DNA from: the human T2T-CHM13v2.0 reference genome, Homo sapiens
DNA length: 64,000 nt
Assembly: GCF_009914755.1 (NCBI RefSeq)
Contig: NC_060930.1
Strand: one strand, 5' to 3'
Part shown: piece after piece, positions 24,626 through 38,130 of the stretch
How the letters are laid out: each line of letters starts with the position of its first letter
Numbering within the stretch: the first letter of the stretch is position 1
Program-made: the position numbers and the translations under genes
Notes under the pieces: generated by a model
The model's database searches: none
Seen by the model: only the letters and a program-made list of their open reading frames with translations
Told to the model about the DNA's origin: nothing

Positions 24626-24643
24626 ACCCGAGTCATGGCATCA
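24626..24643 (-). other. Primer binding site, tRNA-His type (degenerate)
   Basis: TGATGCCATGACTCGGGT versus TGGTGCCGTGACTCGGAT (15/18), 2 nt after the 5' LTR. Confidence 0.9.
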
Positions 24644-24645
24644 AA

Positions 24646-25079
24646 TTTCATGCGTGTCCATGTGAAGAGACCACCAAACAGACTTTGTGTGAGCAATAAA
24701 GCTTTTTAATCACCTGGGTGCAGGCAGGCTGAGTGCAAAAAGAGAATCAGCAAAGGGAGAGATGGATGGGGCCGTTTTATGGGATTTGGGTGGGCAGCGG
24801 AAAATTACAGTCAAAGGGGGTTGTTCCCTTGCGGGCAGGGGTGGGGGTCACAAGGTGCTCAGTGGGGGAGCTTCTGAGCCAGGAGAAGGAATTTCACAAG
24901 GTTAATTACTCAGTTAATGTGGGGCAGGAACAAATCACAATGGTGGAATGTCATCAGTTAAGGCAGGAACCGGCCATTTTCACTTCTTTTGTGACTCTTT
25001 ACTTGCTTTGGGCCGTCTGGACGTATACGTGCAGGTCACAGGGGATACGATGGCTTAGCTTGGGCTCAGAGGCCTGACA
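24646..25079 (-). mobile_element. 5' LTR (LTR7 family), 434 bp
   Basis: TGTCAGGCC...CATGAAA on minus strand; TATA changed to CATAAAA at 24775-24781. Confidence 0.97.
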
Positions 25080-25721
25080 GCAGTGTCCCTTCCTGGGCTC
25101 AAGCTGCACAGCTTTGTCCCTTTCCACTCCTCCTCATGCACCTCATATCAGTAGGGAAAGCAGCAGCCACATCACAGTCAACCAGCCCCAGGGGATAGAG
25201 AAACCTTTCTTACACCATGTGTACCATCTCCAGGCCCAGACCTGGGCCCCTCTGTACTGGGAGGCAGCTCAGTGAAACTTCAAAGAAAAGCAAATACTAT
25301 CCCATCCCCAAAGTGGGTGTGCACACATGTGTACATGTATGTACGAACCCATGAACATACCAGTGCCTAGGCGGTGTCCCAAGTCCAAAATCAGTATTTT
25401 AAGATTATGTTACAGGGTGATTAATCTCAGAATCCTTTCTGGTGACTGATTTTGCAACTGACTGCTCAGCCTGCCTGTATTTGGGGTCTATGTAATGAAC
25501 AAAAACAGAGAAAATATGAAACAGCACCTTGTCGGCCTTAGAACTCAGTTGGGTGATGCCAGTCTAGTGCAAACTAAGTGTACTGACCAAAAGGCGGATA
25601 GCAGCCAGACGATGGAGTTGTGCCAGCTGGGGGCAGCCAGGAGGGCTGCATGAGGAACATGGAGCTCCACCAGGACTCAGAGAGTGAGGAGGGATTTGTG
25701 CAACAGAAGATGGACAGAGGC

Positions 25722-26047
25722 TTTTTGTTGTTTTGTTTTTGGGTTTTTTTGTTTGTTTGTTTTTGAGATGGAGTCTCACTCTGTTGCCCAGGCTGGAGTG
25801 CAATGGTATGATCTCAGCTTACTGCAACCTCCACCTCCTGGGTTCAAGTGATTCTCCCAGCCTCAGCCTCCTGAGTAGCTGGGATTACAGGTGCCCACCA
25901 CCACACCCAGCTAATTTTTGTATTTTTAGTAGAGATGGGGTTTTGCCATGTTGGCCAGCCTGGTCTCGAACTCCTGACCTCAGGTGATCTGCCTGCCTTG
26001 GCCTCCCAAAGTGCTGGGATCACAGGCCTGAGCCACCATGCCTGGGC
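25722..26047 (-). mobile_element. Full-length Alu (AluSx-like)
   Basis: Antisense dimeric Alu with (TTTG)n tail; TSD gaggcttt. Confidence 0.97.
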
Positions 26048-26139
26048 GAGGCTTTCAAATAGAGAGCCAACCAGGATACCAAGAGGAGGCCGAGATGGTA
26101 TCACCAGCATCTGGAAGCAATTTATTTTACTAAGCGCAT

Positions 26140-26898
26140 CTGTTCTCAAACCTAACTGGTGTCTGCTTACCTGGCAGAGTAAGGCCAAAACGTCCACACC
26201 AAGGTTTGCAGCAGATGAAAGGAAGGCATTTATTTGCAGGGCAGCAAGTAAGGCGAATTGGGCGGTCACACTTAAAACCCCAACTCCTAGATGGCTGTCA
26301 GGTAAGGGTTTTTAAAGGCAGGGAGGCAGAGGTTACAGGCAAAGTCATAAATCAATACATGGAGAACATACATTAGTTTGACCTAACACAGTGGGACATC
26401 TCAAAACAGGAATCCACAGGTCAGAAGTGGATTCAAAGATTTTCTGATTTATTGTTGGTTTAGGAAGGATTGCCTAAAAATGTGGGATCAGCAAAAAGGG
26501 ATGTTAGCTCTGGCTGGAGGATGTGACTTTCTCCAGGCCCCTCAGGGAGAAATTTAGAACAAAGAAGAGTGGTCAGAGTCCAGGCATCAGTTTCCCCTTA
26601 CCTGAAGTCTAGGTGCCAGCAGATCCATTTGGTGGGGATCCAGGTTTCTGAAAAACAACTCAGTGACCTGTGTTAAGATGTTATCTCTAGTTTCTACCAG
26701 GGAACCAAGCATCCCATGATTCTAACTTCCTTGGCTATGGTCTTAAGCTAGTATTACCTTCTTCCTTATCACATTTACTTCTCAGGGAAAGCTAGGTGCC
26801 TGAAATTTCCCTTGAAGGAAAGGAAGAAGTTTTTTTGTTTTTTTGTTTTTATGCTTGGGGGAGCCCATAGGCTCCTAAGAGGTCCCTGTTAAGTCTCA
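26140..26898 (-). mobile_element. ERV1-class solo LTR (MER31/MER4-group-like)
   Basis: TG...CA ends, atttattt (antisense poly(A) signal), aagggtttttaaaggc (antisense TATA region); subfamily uncertain. Confidence 0.65.
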
Positions 26899-28199
26899 CT
26901 TCCATTCAGCAAGTGATAAAAATCCACGTGCATCTGTGTCATCCTCTCAGGAAGCCGTGCATTTATGCATCCACGTGGCATCTGTGGACCACCACCAAAT
27001 GTGCACCAAGCATGGTGCTAGGCCCAGGAGGGTACAGACAAGGAGAGAGATCTTTCATGGATGGGAAAGTTGAGTCTCTGAGACTGACTCATGCAAGATC
27101 AGGGTCTAAGTGGTCAGGACTGGAGGCCAGGTCAGCCTAGCTTCAAGTGCTATACCCTCTGCATAAAACTTATTATGGTGGAGGAGGTGGGAGGGGGACC
27201 TGGTAGAGTGGGATGCCAGGCTGATTGAGGAAGTCATGCGGATTAGGCTGAATAGGCTGGGCTTATGTGGGTTGAGGGGACAAAGATAATGTCCTGGGCT
27301 GCCCTGATCTGGATAAGGACTTGTGGTTTTCTTGAAAGGTGTCCTAGAGCTTCCAGGAGCTGCTGAGACTGAGGAGTTGGCATCACAGCAGCAGGGATGA
27401 GGAGGAGGTGGGAGTGCAGGTGGTGAAGGTGTGTATGGCACTGTGGCTGGTGTTCAGGGGTGACTGTGTCTCCTGAATGCTGATGCCATCCCCAAGGCAT
27501 TTGTAATCAGCCCATGAAACCTGCCCTGGGTCTGAATCCATGAATACATTTATAGGTCATCCCTGTTCTTCAAGTGCTGGTGAATGGTCCCATAAAACAC
27601 ATCTGATTACAACCAGCAGGGCTTCCCAACTCTAAAACCCCTTTTTATTTTGAAAACAAATTCTTAAAATCATTCCTTGATGAGGAAAGTACTCATGCTG
27701 ACATTTCCAAGGGTGGATAGTGGAGGAAGGAGTTCCTGGGTGTTCCTGCAGCTGTGCCAGGGCTCTGGCAGCCTTCTGGGACATCATGCAACTCTCCTGG
27801 TCCTTTTTCCTCTCCGTATCTTAGCAAGGAAACATGCAAGCACATTCCTGTTTCTCAAGGTTGCTGTGAGGATAATTAGTTTACATTCATCTGTCACCGT
27901 GCTCCCTTTACACCCAGCATCTGAGATTGTCTCTAATTATTATGACAAATCTCATGGAGCCCGCTGAGAGATCTGAGCCATCTCTGGACTTTAAACCCAC
28001 GTGTGGCTTTTGTTTTCACTTGGTTGCTATTGGCTCCAAAGTTTATATCTCCCTCCAGCACCTCTCTCCAAGGCTGCATGTCTGGCAGCCCACAGGCCAG
28101 CCTGACATGATGGTCCTGTGGGTATCTTAACGTTGACCATACTGTGAACACCCCTCCAAGCCTGTTATCCTTCCCTTGGTCCCCCTCCCCACTGCTGGC

Positions 28200-29010
28200 A
28201 TCAAATTCATTCAACAAATATTTATGTATTGAGCACCCACCCCATGCAGGCCCTGTGGGGTGCTGGGATGGGGTAAGGGGAAAGGATGAGGCCTCAGCCT
28301 TTGTGGAGTCTAGAATCTCCCATTACTTTCCTTCCAGATAGTTCTGGCAAGAAACCAAGAAACCATCTTAGATGTTTCTCTCCCTCTCCTCTCACTCCCA
28401 ACCAGTTATCAAATCCCCTCAGTATTACTTCCATGACTTTTTAATCTGCCCCTTCCTTTTCACCACTCCAGCCTGGTTCAGACTTCCTTTGTCACTGGAG
28501 TGGACCACTGAGAACTTGCTGGCCTCCCCGCCCCCACCCTAGCTTCCTCCATCGTATTGCTCTAACTCCCTTAGGGGTCACTGTCTTCATAATAAAAACC
28601 AGACTCCTCCTGACACCAAAGCAACAACCATCTAGACCCAGCCTGTCCTAGGTCTCACTTCTCACCATGCACCGCACACAGGATGCTTCACACACATAGA
28701 TCTACTCTCTCTGCTGAACCTCTCAGACCTCCTTGCCTCAGTGAATGCAGTTTCCTCCAGGAGAAACTCCCTTATCCCTCCCCCAAGCCCCCTCTCCACC
28801 TACACACATACTATCCCCCTTTCTCCACTGGGTAACATCTACCCGTCCTTTCAGGCTCTATTCAAATGCTGTGATTCTACAAAGCCTTCCCTGATTTCTG
28901 GGTAGAAATAATTCATCTCTCTTTCTTCTCTAAATGCTTCATCTGCACCTTTGTGCCAGCATTTATCACACTTTATCCTGTAGTCAGCTGAATGCTGTTC
29001 ATGTTCTTTT
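28200..29010. mobile_element. L2 fragments
   Basis: attcattcaacaaatatttatgtattgagcac tail and pyrimidine-rich L2 body (aagccttccctgat..., agcatttatcacac). Confidence 0.6.
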
Positions 29011-29039
29011 CCCTACGCTAATAATAACAGTCATAACAA

Positions 29040-29230
29040 TAATTAATGCTGATTGATTGCTTGTACTAATCATTTAACATGTATTATCTCATTTAATTCT
29101 CAAGAGAACCTCACAAAATAGGTGTGTTATTTTCCCCATTTTGCAGAGGAGGAAGCAAGCTCATGCTATGTAATCACATGCCTGAGGTCACCCAGACAGC
29201 GAGATTTGGGCCCAGGTGCTCTGACCCTGG
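29040..29230 (-). mobile_element. MIR SINE
   Basis: tctcatttaattctca...ccccattttgcagaggaggaagc...cctgaggtcacccag. Confidence 0.75.
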
Positions 29231-29536
29231 AGCTGGCACCCTTTCCCACTCCCAAGAACTGCCTTCGGGAGGCTAGAGGTCAACAGGCAAGGAGTTCAAC
29301 TCACGTCGCTGTGCCGCTTCTGCCTCCTTCACAAAGCCAGGCACATGGAGGCAGGACACCGATGCTTATTGATTAAGAATTAAAGATCCATTGGCTGAAG
29401 AGTTGAAAGGAGGTAGAGGATAGAAAATAGAAAAAGACATGGGGGTAGAAGAAAAGAGATTCCAGGGTTCCCTTAAACAGAATTCCCTCCTTCCTCCCAG
29501 CCTCCTTCCTCCCACTTAAATATTTTTTTTCCTACT

Positions 29537-29883
29537 GTATTCATTTCCTGGGGTTGCCAATTAAGGTGTTGGCAGGACCATGCTTCCTCTGCCACCTTCA
29601 GGGGAGAATATTTCCTTGTCTCCTCCAGCTCCTGGTAGCCCCAGGAATTCCTTGGCTCGTGGCTGCATAATTCTAACTTCTACCTCCATCTTCACATGAC
29701 CATCTTCCTTCTCTCTCTCTGTCTTCTCTTCTTATAAAGATAATAGCTATATGGGGTGGAAGCCCACTCTAATGACCACATCTTACCTTAATTATATCTT
29801 CAAAGACCCTGTTTCCAAAAAGATCACATTCACAGGTTAGAACCTCAACATCTCTTTTGGGGGGATGTAATTCAACCCCAACA
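29537..29883 (-). mobile_element. MLT1C-like solo LTR, internally deleted
   Basis: aaggtgttggcaggaccatgc...catcttcacatgacc...aagaccctgtttccaaa...aattcaacccca. Confidence 0.8.
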
Positions 29884-31682
29884 CTGCCTATTAATCAGAT
29901 CATGACACATGAGGATATAGGGCTTTCATAGCACCAAGAAAACTGTAATCATCCACTACTGAGATACAAATCCCTGGTTCTGCTTTCTGAGTTGACATCG
30001 CCATATGATAAATCCCTAGTTCTTTAAGATGTTTAACTCGTGTCATTTTGAGACACATGAATTGACAGCTGGGGATGAAGACAGAGTGAGCAAGAAGAAA
30101 GGAGTGACTGATGGCCCCTCCGGGCTGGATGAGTGCAGCCGGGGCAGAGTCCTGGCTTGGGACAGCTGCTTATCGGAGCTAACCAGGTGTTTTGTACAGC
30201 ATTAGCCCCACCTGAGCTTCTTGCCCATCTTGGGTTCCACATTTGAGTTGGGTGATAGTCACAGCACAATCTCCCTTCCTCTCCCACCAGGGAAACTGTT
30301 TTTTCCAAAGTAAGACTTGTTCACTCTGCATTATCTATCGTTTCCCCACTGTCTGCCTCAGTTTACCCTTCCATCAAATTAGGACACCAAGAACACCTAA
30401 ATTTAAATGATTGGCATTGTACCTCTTCCATTACAATCCTGGGTGTTCCCATGCATGTCTGTGGGGCTCTGGCTGCCTTCCAAACACAGGTAGCGCTAGC
30501 TGCTACAGAGAGCTTTAAGGGCTTTTCTTCTCCATCTGAGCATCCTGACTGCTGTGTCTGGGGCTCTGCCCAGAGTCTAGAAGCTCCCGTGCCTTCTCAT
30601 AGGGAATGGGGGAAAAGACTGTGAATTGTACATTGACTAGGGAACAGAAACAGTGCTGGGATATTTTATTAAATAACTACAACCCTGTTAGGTTATTATT
30701 ATTAGCTCCATTTCACAATGAGGAAACTGAGGCCAGGGAAGTTAAAGTACCTTGCCTGCCCTCACATGGCTCATAAGTGGGGGCTCTTTGTACATTGGGG
30801 TGCTGTGCCTGGGCTCACAGTGCCAGCCTCCACAGGCCAGCTCTTGCTATGGCACCGCTGTTCATGTTTACAGTTTCTCTGCTTCTGACATTTTGGGTGG
30901 ACTGGTTGAGCCACTGTTCAGCAGGACCGCAGGAAATACCTGTTCCCCATTCTTCCAGTCCAACCCTGATTTCTGTCTCACACAGGGTCACTGAAGCCAC
31001 AGGGCTACCACCGTGCTTCCTCCATCACTTTGTGTCTCCTTTGCTGCCCCCAACAGGGATTCTGGGGCCAAAGCACACACTGGCTTGCTTAGGCTCTGGT
31101 CTCAGGCATAGGAAGAAAGCAAGGAAGACGGTGGGAGTTACCCAGGGCACTGGCTCACATGGACCTCCTCCCTGCCACCCCTCCTTAAGGCTTTACTTAA
31201 CCAGGTAGTTGTGGGTGCAGTAAGGGAGGCTCAGCTTGGATGACAGTTGAACACAAGCACTGGGCTAAGCTAATACCCACTTATGACCAGGGGCTCCAGA
31301 GAATGACTAGGAGGGTGGTGATGGGGAGAGCAACCCTCTGCAAAGAGAAACCATGCCAGGGTGGGCTGTGAGCTCTGCCTGGTCTGCTGGTCACCCTTCA
31401 TTCCTCTCTTTCTGGCTCCTCCTTCTTCATTTTCTCCAACCCTGTGTCTGCTCTTCTCTCTCTTTCTTGCCCTATTTTATAATTTCTCTCTGTCAAGAGG
31501 TCTTTGTCCCTGTCTTTTCATCTCTTTCTCTGTCTCTCCTTCACTTGCTTTCTCCCCCCATCCCTAAACAAAACTTAGCCCCACTGGTCTCCAGGACCAG
31601 ATGGATTGTGAAATAGGGTCCCCTTCCAAGGAGGAACACTCTAGGCTCAGGTCAAGGCAGGAGCTGCTCACGTGTGTGTGTG

Positions 31683-31685
<3 letters not shown>

Positions 31686-31718
<33 letters not shown>
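31686..31718. repeat. (CA)n microsatellite preceded by short (TG)n
   Basis: Direct reading. Confidence 0.95.
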
Positions 31719-31719
<1 letters not shown>

Positions 31720-32770
31720 CGGTAGTCTAGGATGGCACAGGGAGACGTGGCTTCCTTCTGTTCCCACATTCCCTGGGAAGCATCCTTCCTTTTCACATCC
31801 CTTCTACATGATGAGTGGTAGTTGGACAAGACGATGTTACACTGTCTAGTGTCCAGCACCGACACTCTGTAATTCTATGGAAATGGGTATAAGTGACAGC
31901 ACAAGAGGCTCAAGGCCACAAGTCCATGAACTCCTCTTTTCTCCTTGGGGATTCCTGGCAGGGGTCTCAAGTCCCAAGCACTGCAGCCTGTAGGATACTT
32001 TCTAGTGTCTCATGTTTGACTTCCAGTTGGACCATTTTGTGGTGCCATAGCCCATTTCCTCTGGGTAGACCTTCACAAATAGGCGAGCAAGAAGAACGCC
32101 CCAGCTGCCATGTGCTCAGGGTAAGCAGATCTCTGTCTGTGGCTCCTGAAGAGCACTTGCGCTATCCCCTATACTCTGCACCAGCCTCCCCTCCCCAGAA
32201 CTGGAGCTAGGGTCTGAGTGGAGAGCTTGCTGAGGGATGTGAGGTAGGGTGGGGGCAGGACTGAGGGAGGGGGCATATGGAGGGACAGACATGAGACAGA
32301 AAATGGCAGAAGCTTAGGTACAACCTGTTTCCCTCACAGGACCAACTCCTGCCTGGGGGAGGGCTGGGGGTGGGCAGAAGGACTCTCTCAGCTTTGGGAT
32401 TTCTCTGGTCAAGGGAGCCCAACCCACCTTTCTAAAGAAAGAAGCCCCAGAAAGGAAGATGAAGCCCAGAGAATCCTTTGCCCAGGATGCAGTATAAATC
32501 TCAACCTGCTCCACAGGAAGGAGGAGAAATCTCATTTATAATCTTGATGAACTGGAAACTTAGTAAGCCCAGGCCCACCCAGATGAGTGCTCAATTACTG
32601 AGAGGAGGAGAGCACTGCTAATTCCCTTCTCCTTGGGTGGTTGGAATCGCACCGTTCAGCCCTCCCTGCCCCTCCAGAAACTCCTGGGAAATGGCAACAA
32701 CTTTGAACATTACACTGGCAGCCCCCACCTCAGTGAAGGTCCTCGAGCAAGTCTGAGAGAGCAGAAGTGA

Positions 32771-33040
32771 CTTCTCTTTCTCCCTCCTTTCCTTCTTTTT
32801 TCTTTCTTCCTTCTTTTTCTGTTTTCCTTTCTTCCTTTCTCCCTTCCCCCTTCCATCCCTCCTTCCTTCCTTCTTTCCTTCCATTTTCCTTTCCTTCCTT
32901 TCTCTTTTCTCCCTTCTTCCTTCCCTGCCTCCTTTCCTCCCTTCTTTTTTCCTTTCTTCCTTCCTTTTCTCTATCTTCCTTTCTCTTTTCCTCCTCTCCT
33001 TCCTTCTTTCTTTTCTTCCTTCCTCCCTCCCATTCTTTCT
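32771..33040. repeat. CT-rich polypyrimidine low-complexity tract
   Basis: ~270 bp almost entirely C/T (TTCC, TTTC units). Confidence 0.95.
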
Positions 33041-34358
33041 GTGCATGTATGTGAGTGTTAAGTGTCTTGGCCAGGTCACTCAACCTTCTCAGATCATCAT
33101 GCAGCACCCCTCTCCCACCCACATTGCCATTACCACCCTTCACCACCCCCACCATAGGCAACCACTCTATCTTTTGTAGTGTACCCTGAGATTAGATTTG
33201 TATATTCATGCCTTTTTAATTCATACACATGGTATTGCATTACAGACTCTGTTCTTTTTACTTTGCTTTTTTTTACCTTCAGCACTATTTCAAAATGTCT
33301 AGCAGAGAAGCTATGTGCAGATGGAGTTCATCATTCTGGCTGCTGCTCAGAGTTTGCAGGAGGTTCTGCCACATGCCACCTCTCTATTCCTCTAACGATG
33401 GACACCTGTGTTGCCTCCAATCCCAGCTGCCACAGCATCACTACACAGAACATCCATGTGCATATCCGCAATGGACCCTCATGAGGTCACCCTGTAGCTC
33501 ATGTCCAGAGTGCAGTTCTGGCTGAGAGAACACGCACAGCCTTGATCTGCCCAAGGACTGTGCGTGGGTAGGCTCTGCATTGGCACTAGGAAAATACTCA
33601 TTTTGTTTGGTGGTTTTACCTTCATAGACACAGCTAAGCCTAAGAAAATGCTGGAACTTTCCTGCTTGTGGTCCCACAAATGTCCATGCCCCTTCAGGGT
33701 CGAGTAGCCCAGTTCCAGGGACACCATGCACACTGTGTTCTTCTGTGTTATGCCCAGGGGGCCCTTCACATGAGTGCAAGTCTGTGGTCCCCATGCCAGT
33801 CACTGCATGATTAAAGTTCCTTGGGAGAGGTGAGGCCCCTTGGCTCATCTCTGACTCATCTCTAGAAGTGAGTAACTGCAGTCTTGTCTCCACCAGGGTT
33901 GCTCCCCAGCCTTCAAACCCCCTGCCTCCTCCACCTTCACCTTTTCTGTCAAGTCACAGCTCAGCACTTTGATGCCACCACACCACCACCCTGCAACTGG
34001 CTCACCCTCCTCAGACTGAGGACCAGCATCCCAGCCTGACTGCCACTGGGTTCTCAGGTGTGTCCCCATCACTAAGTCTCTGGTGGCAGCCAGATCTGAG
34101 ACCCAGGTAGCTAATCTGTACTCTTGGAGAGACCAGCTGAATGAACAGACTTTTCAAAGTGCTAAAACTTTATTTGTGATAGCCCAAAACTACCACCAAC
34201 CCAAATCAACCTCAACAGTAGAATGAGTGAGCCTACTGCAGTATGTTCATACAATGGAATACTACATAGTAATGACCAAAAAAGCAAAGAACATCTTGGA
34301 TAAATTTCACATGCACTGTATTGAGTAAAAGAAACCAGATATTAAAGAGCTCATCCAT

Positions 34359-34663
34359 GGCCAGGCGCTGTGGCTCACGCCTGTAATCCCAGCACTCTGG
34401 GAGGCCGAGGTGGGTGGACGTCTTGAGGTCAGGAGTTTGAGACGAGCCTGGCCAACATGGTGAAACCCCATCTCTACCAAAACACACAAAAAAATCAGCT
34501 GGGTATGGTGGTGCACACATAATCACAGCTACGTGAGAGGCTAAAGCAGGAGAATCCCTTGAACCTGGGAGGCGGAGGTTTCAATGAGCCAAGATCACGC
34601 CACTGCATTCAGCCTGGGTGACAGAGCGAAACTCTGTCAAAAAAAAACCAAAAACAAAAAAAA
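34359..34663 (+). mobile_element. Alu (AluS-like) inserted in an old L1M fragment
   Basis: ggccaggcgctgtggctcacgcctgtaatccc... A tail; TSD core ctcatcca. Confidence 0.97.
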
Positions 34664-34741
34664 CCTCATCCAGTACCATTGCTTTGAGGTTCAAAAGCAG
34701 ACAAAACTAGTCTATGGTAATAGAAATCAGAATAATAGTTA

Positions 34742-35192
<451 letters not shown>

Positions 35193-35204
35193 TCAATGAA
35201 CACT

Positions 35205-36062
35205 TGAGTAGATATTTATTCAAAGAAGATATACAAATGGTCACTAAAATAAGCACATGAAACAATACTCAACATCACTAGTCATTCAGAAAATGCAAAA
35301 AAAAATGTGCAATGGGATACCACTTCACTCCCACTAGGATAGCTATAATTTAAAAAGAAAATAACAAGTGTTGGCAAGGAGGTAGAGAAATTGGAACCCT
35401 CATATATTCCTGGTGAGAATGTAAAATGGTGCAACCATTTTGGAAAACAGTTTGGCAGTTCCTCAAAATGTTAAAGATATAATTAGCCTGTGATCCAGGA
35501 ATTCCACTCATAGGTATACACCCAAAAGAATTGAAACTACATGTCCACACAAAAACTTATACATGAATGTTCATAGCAGCATTATTCATGTCAATAATAC
35601 CTTAAATGTGGAGACAACCCAAATGTCCATCAACTGAAGAATGGATAAACAAAATGTGGTATATCCATACAATGGAATATTACTGAGCAGTAAAAAGAAA
35701 TGAAGTACTTATGCATGCCACGACATAGGTGAACCTTGAAAACATTATACTAAGTAAAAGAAGCCAGAAATGAAAGGTCATATATGATTCTACTTATATG
35801 AAATATCCAACATCCACAGAGGCAGAGGCAAATCCATAAGACAGAAAGTAGACTAATGGGTGCACGGGTGAGGAGCAGGGAAGAACAGGAAGTGACTGTT
35901 AATGGGTACAGGATTTATTTTGGGGGTGATGAAGATATTCTGCATTAGACAGTGGTAAAGATTGCACAACTGTGAATATACCAAAAACTACTGAAACTTT
36001 AAAACTGTGAATTTTATGATCAGTGATTGAGATTTTAGATCTCAACAAAGCTGTTATTAAAA
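35205..36062 (+). mobile_element. L1MB-like 3' fragment nested in an older L1M element
   Basis: aaagaagatatacaaatgg...ttggcagttcctcaaa...caacccaaatgtccatcaac...; flanks aaaattca(a/t)tga look like a TSD. Confidence 0.85.
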
Positions 36063-37739
36063 ATTCATTGAGCTACACACTTAATATTTTTCATGTTACT
36101 GTATAAAAGTTATACATAAGTAAATAAATAAACAAATATACCTGAAAGAAAATGTTTTTAAAAAATCAGTGCTAGGATTTAAAAAGTGAAATACAGAACA
36201 AGGTTCATAATACTGTACTATTTGTGTAAACTCAAAATCATATACATATAAAGCAACACTGCATTTCTATAAGAATTCATGCTAATTCAAAGATAAATGC
36301 TAGATTGCCCCTCAAGAAATCTGAATTTCTGCCTCTGAATTGAGTTGTCCTCTCAGTCCCAGATGATGGTCGCTGGCCCTGATTCTCACCCAGACGCCAC
36401 CTGAACCCATTCCCTTGGGCTGAATTAGGTCCCTGGGTCTCTTACCCATTGTGTATGAACAGGGATCTCAGTGCTGATTGCTGCCCCATTTGCCTTCTGA
36501 ACTGAACCTCCTCTTGGAATATCTTTTACCTGATCCAGATATCCTGGTACTGGTGATTGTCCTGACCATCCATGAGAGATCTACACGTCCTCTGAGCATG
36601 CCAACAGGGACTACCTGCTCTTCTCCAGGGCAACCTTCTGGCTGAGTCAGTCTCCTGAGGCTATCCCTAGCCTGAGGAGTGTCTGCACCTGCCTGGATGG
36701 CTGAGGGATGCACAGGGTCCACTGTAATTGATACCACAGTCTGCTTGGTGCCCAGGCACAGAGACCTAGAAAGCAAGAGGTCTGTGTTGATGGCCTGATC
36801 ACACTGACAGGGGCTAGATCTTGCCACACAGTGCAGCAGACTCTGTCTTTGGAGCATTTGAAATGACGGACACAGCCACTTATCTCATCAAGTGAAAGGA
36901 CTGGTGATGAGAAACCCCCTGGATTGTCAGATACTGATTTATCTCAAACATCCCTTGAGAAGCTCTTTACTTGCTGAAGACACTGGCAAAATTGTTGTAT
37001 GTATTGGTCGAGCTTCTCAGTTGCAGACAACAGAATACTCTCTAGGTAGTTTAAGCAGAGAGCAGTTTAGTACAGTTATAGAGAGCTCACAAAATCATTG
37101 GAACTGCAGAAGAAACGCCCTCTATGCTCAGTTACTGGAAACAAATACCTGAACAAACCTTAGAACTGGTCCAGTAAAGAAACCTATACCTGTGTCATGG
37201 TTGGCAAGCTGCCATCACTACCACCGCCCCCACTCCAACACAAACACACACACACACACTAGCCACCAGCACAAAGAGTGTTCTACCCCTTGCCTGGTCT
37301 CTCATTTAACTCACTCCCCAGTCAATGTCTCAGTCACACCTAACGAGAAGTCATATTGGAAGCTAGCAATAGGGTTACTAGCCATCCCAGCTGGTCTGGG
37401 ACTGGGGGTTTCCCATGTTGCAGGACTTTCAGTGCTAAATCAGAAAAGCCCCAGGCAAAACAGGACAGATTGGTCACCCTAGCTAGGAAATGTAGTGTTT
37501 TTGGAGTAAGCACTGGGGAGGTAGGAGTCACACTGTGGGGAACTGTCAAAATGTGAAGAGGAGGTCAGATGATTTGGGCCAGCTACAATGACAGATTATC
37601 TCTAAACTTCATGATAAAAATAAATTATAATATTATAATCACCACTTATTGAGTATTTACTATATGCCCTGAGCTTGCTTGCCAAGTGCTTTAGTATTAC
37701 TGCTATTTATTATTATTATTATTCTCTCATTTTATCTTC

Positions 37740-38130
37740 ACCACAAACCTATGATAGTACATTATTTATCTAATGCTCTTCTAGGTCCTGTTATGGAGCT
37801 TACGTTGTTGTGGGAAAAACAGACATTTAAGCTGAGGCATGAGCAATGGGGAGGCAGCCAGACACACAGTGATCTGCAGAAAGGATGTTCTAGCCAGAGG
37901 GAACAGCAAGTGCAAAAACCTGGGGACGGGAACAGAAAGGAGTTTTGCCTACTCAGGGAACAGAAGGAGCTCTGTGTGGCTGCAGGAGAGCATGTGAGAA
38001 CAGGAAGTGGTATACAACAAGGTTTAGGTCTGGTAGACAATGGTAAGGAAGATGGATTGTATTTTAAGAAAAATGAGGAACCAGGGGATGGTTTTAAGCA
38101 GGGGAGTGGTATGATTAGATTTTCATTTTA
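37740..38130 (-). mobile_element. L2 fragment
   Basis: cagagggaacagcaagtgcaaa...gttttaagcaggggagtggtatgattagatttt. Confidence 0.7.

Larger units (their letters stand above)
17708..25079 (-). mobile_element. HERV-H provirus, env-containing, with 5' leader/5' gag deletion
   Basis: Paired LTRs starting TGTCAGGCCTCTGAGCCCAAGC on minus strand; 5-bp TSD GCAGT at 17703-17707 and 25080-25084; PBS-His, PPT, gag-pro-pol-env remnants in order. Confidence 0.98.

Noticed and set aside
18600-24650. APOBEC3 G-to-A hypermutation of the provirus
   Set aside because: Only scattered G-to-A changes; many Trp codons survive and most changes fit CpG decay
17708-25079. Replication-competent or syncytin-like intact retrovirus
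   Set aside because: Leader and 5' gag deleted, protease DTG changed to NTG, multiple pol stops and frameshifts, env frameshifted before the furin site and stopped in the membrane anchor
24646-25079. Pluripotency-type LTR7 (LTR7up) promoter or TAD-boundary element
   Set aside because: U3 repeat structure looks like an older LTR7 subtype and the TATA is mutated; cannot be supported without alignment and expression data
32618-33161. Lys/Glu/Arg-rich 143-153 aa ORFs
   Set aside because: Translations of the CT-rich low-complexity tract
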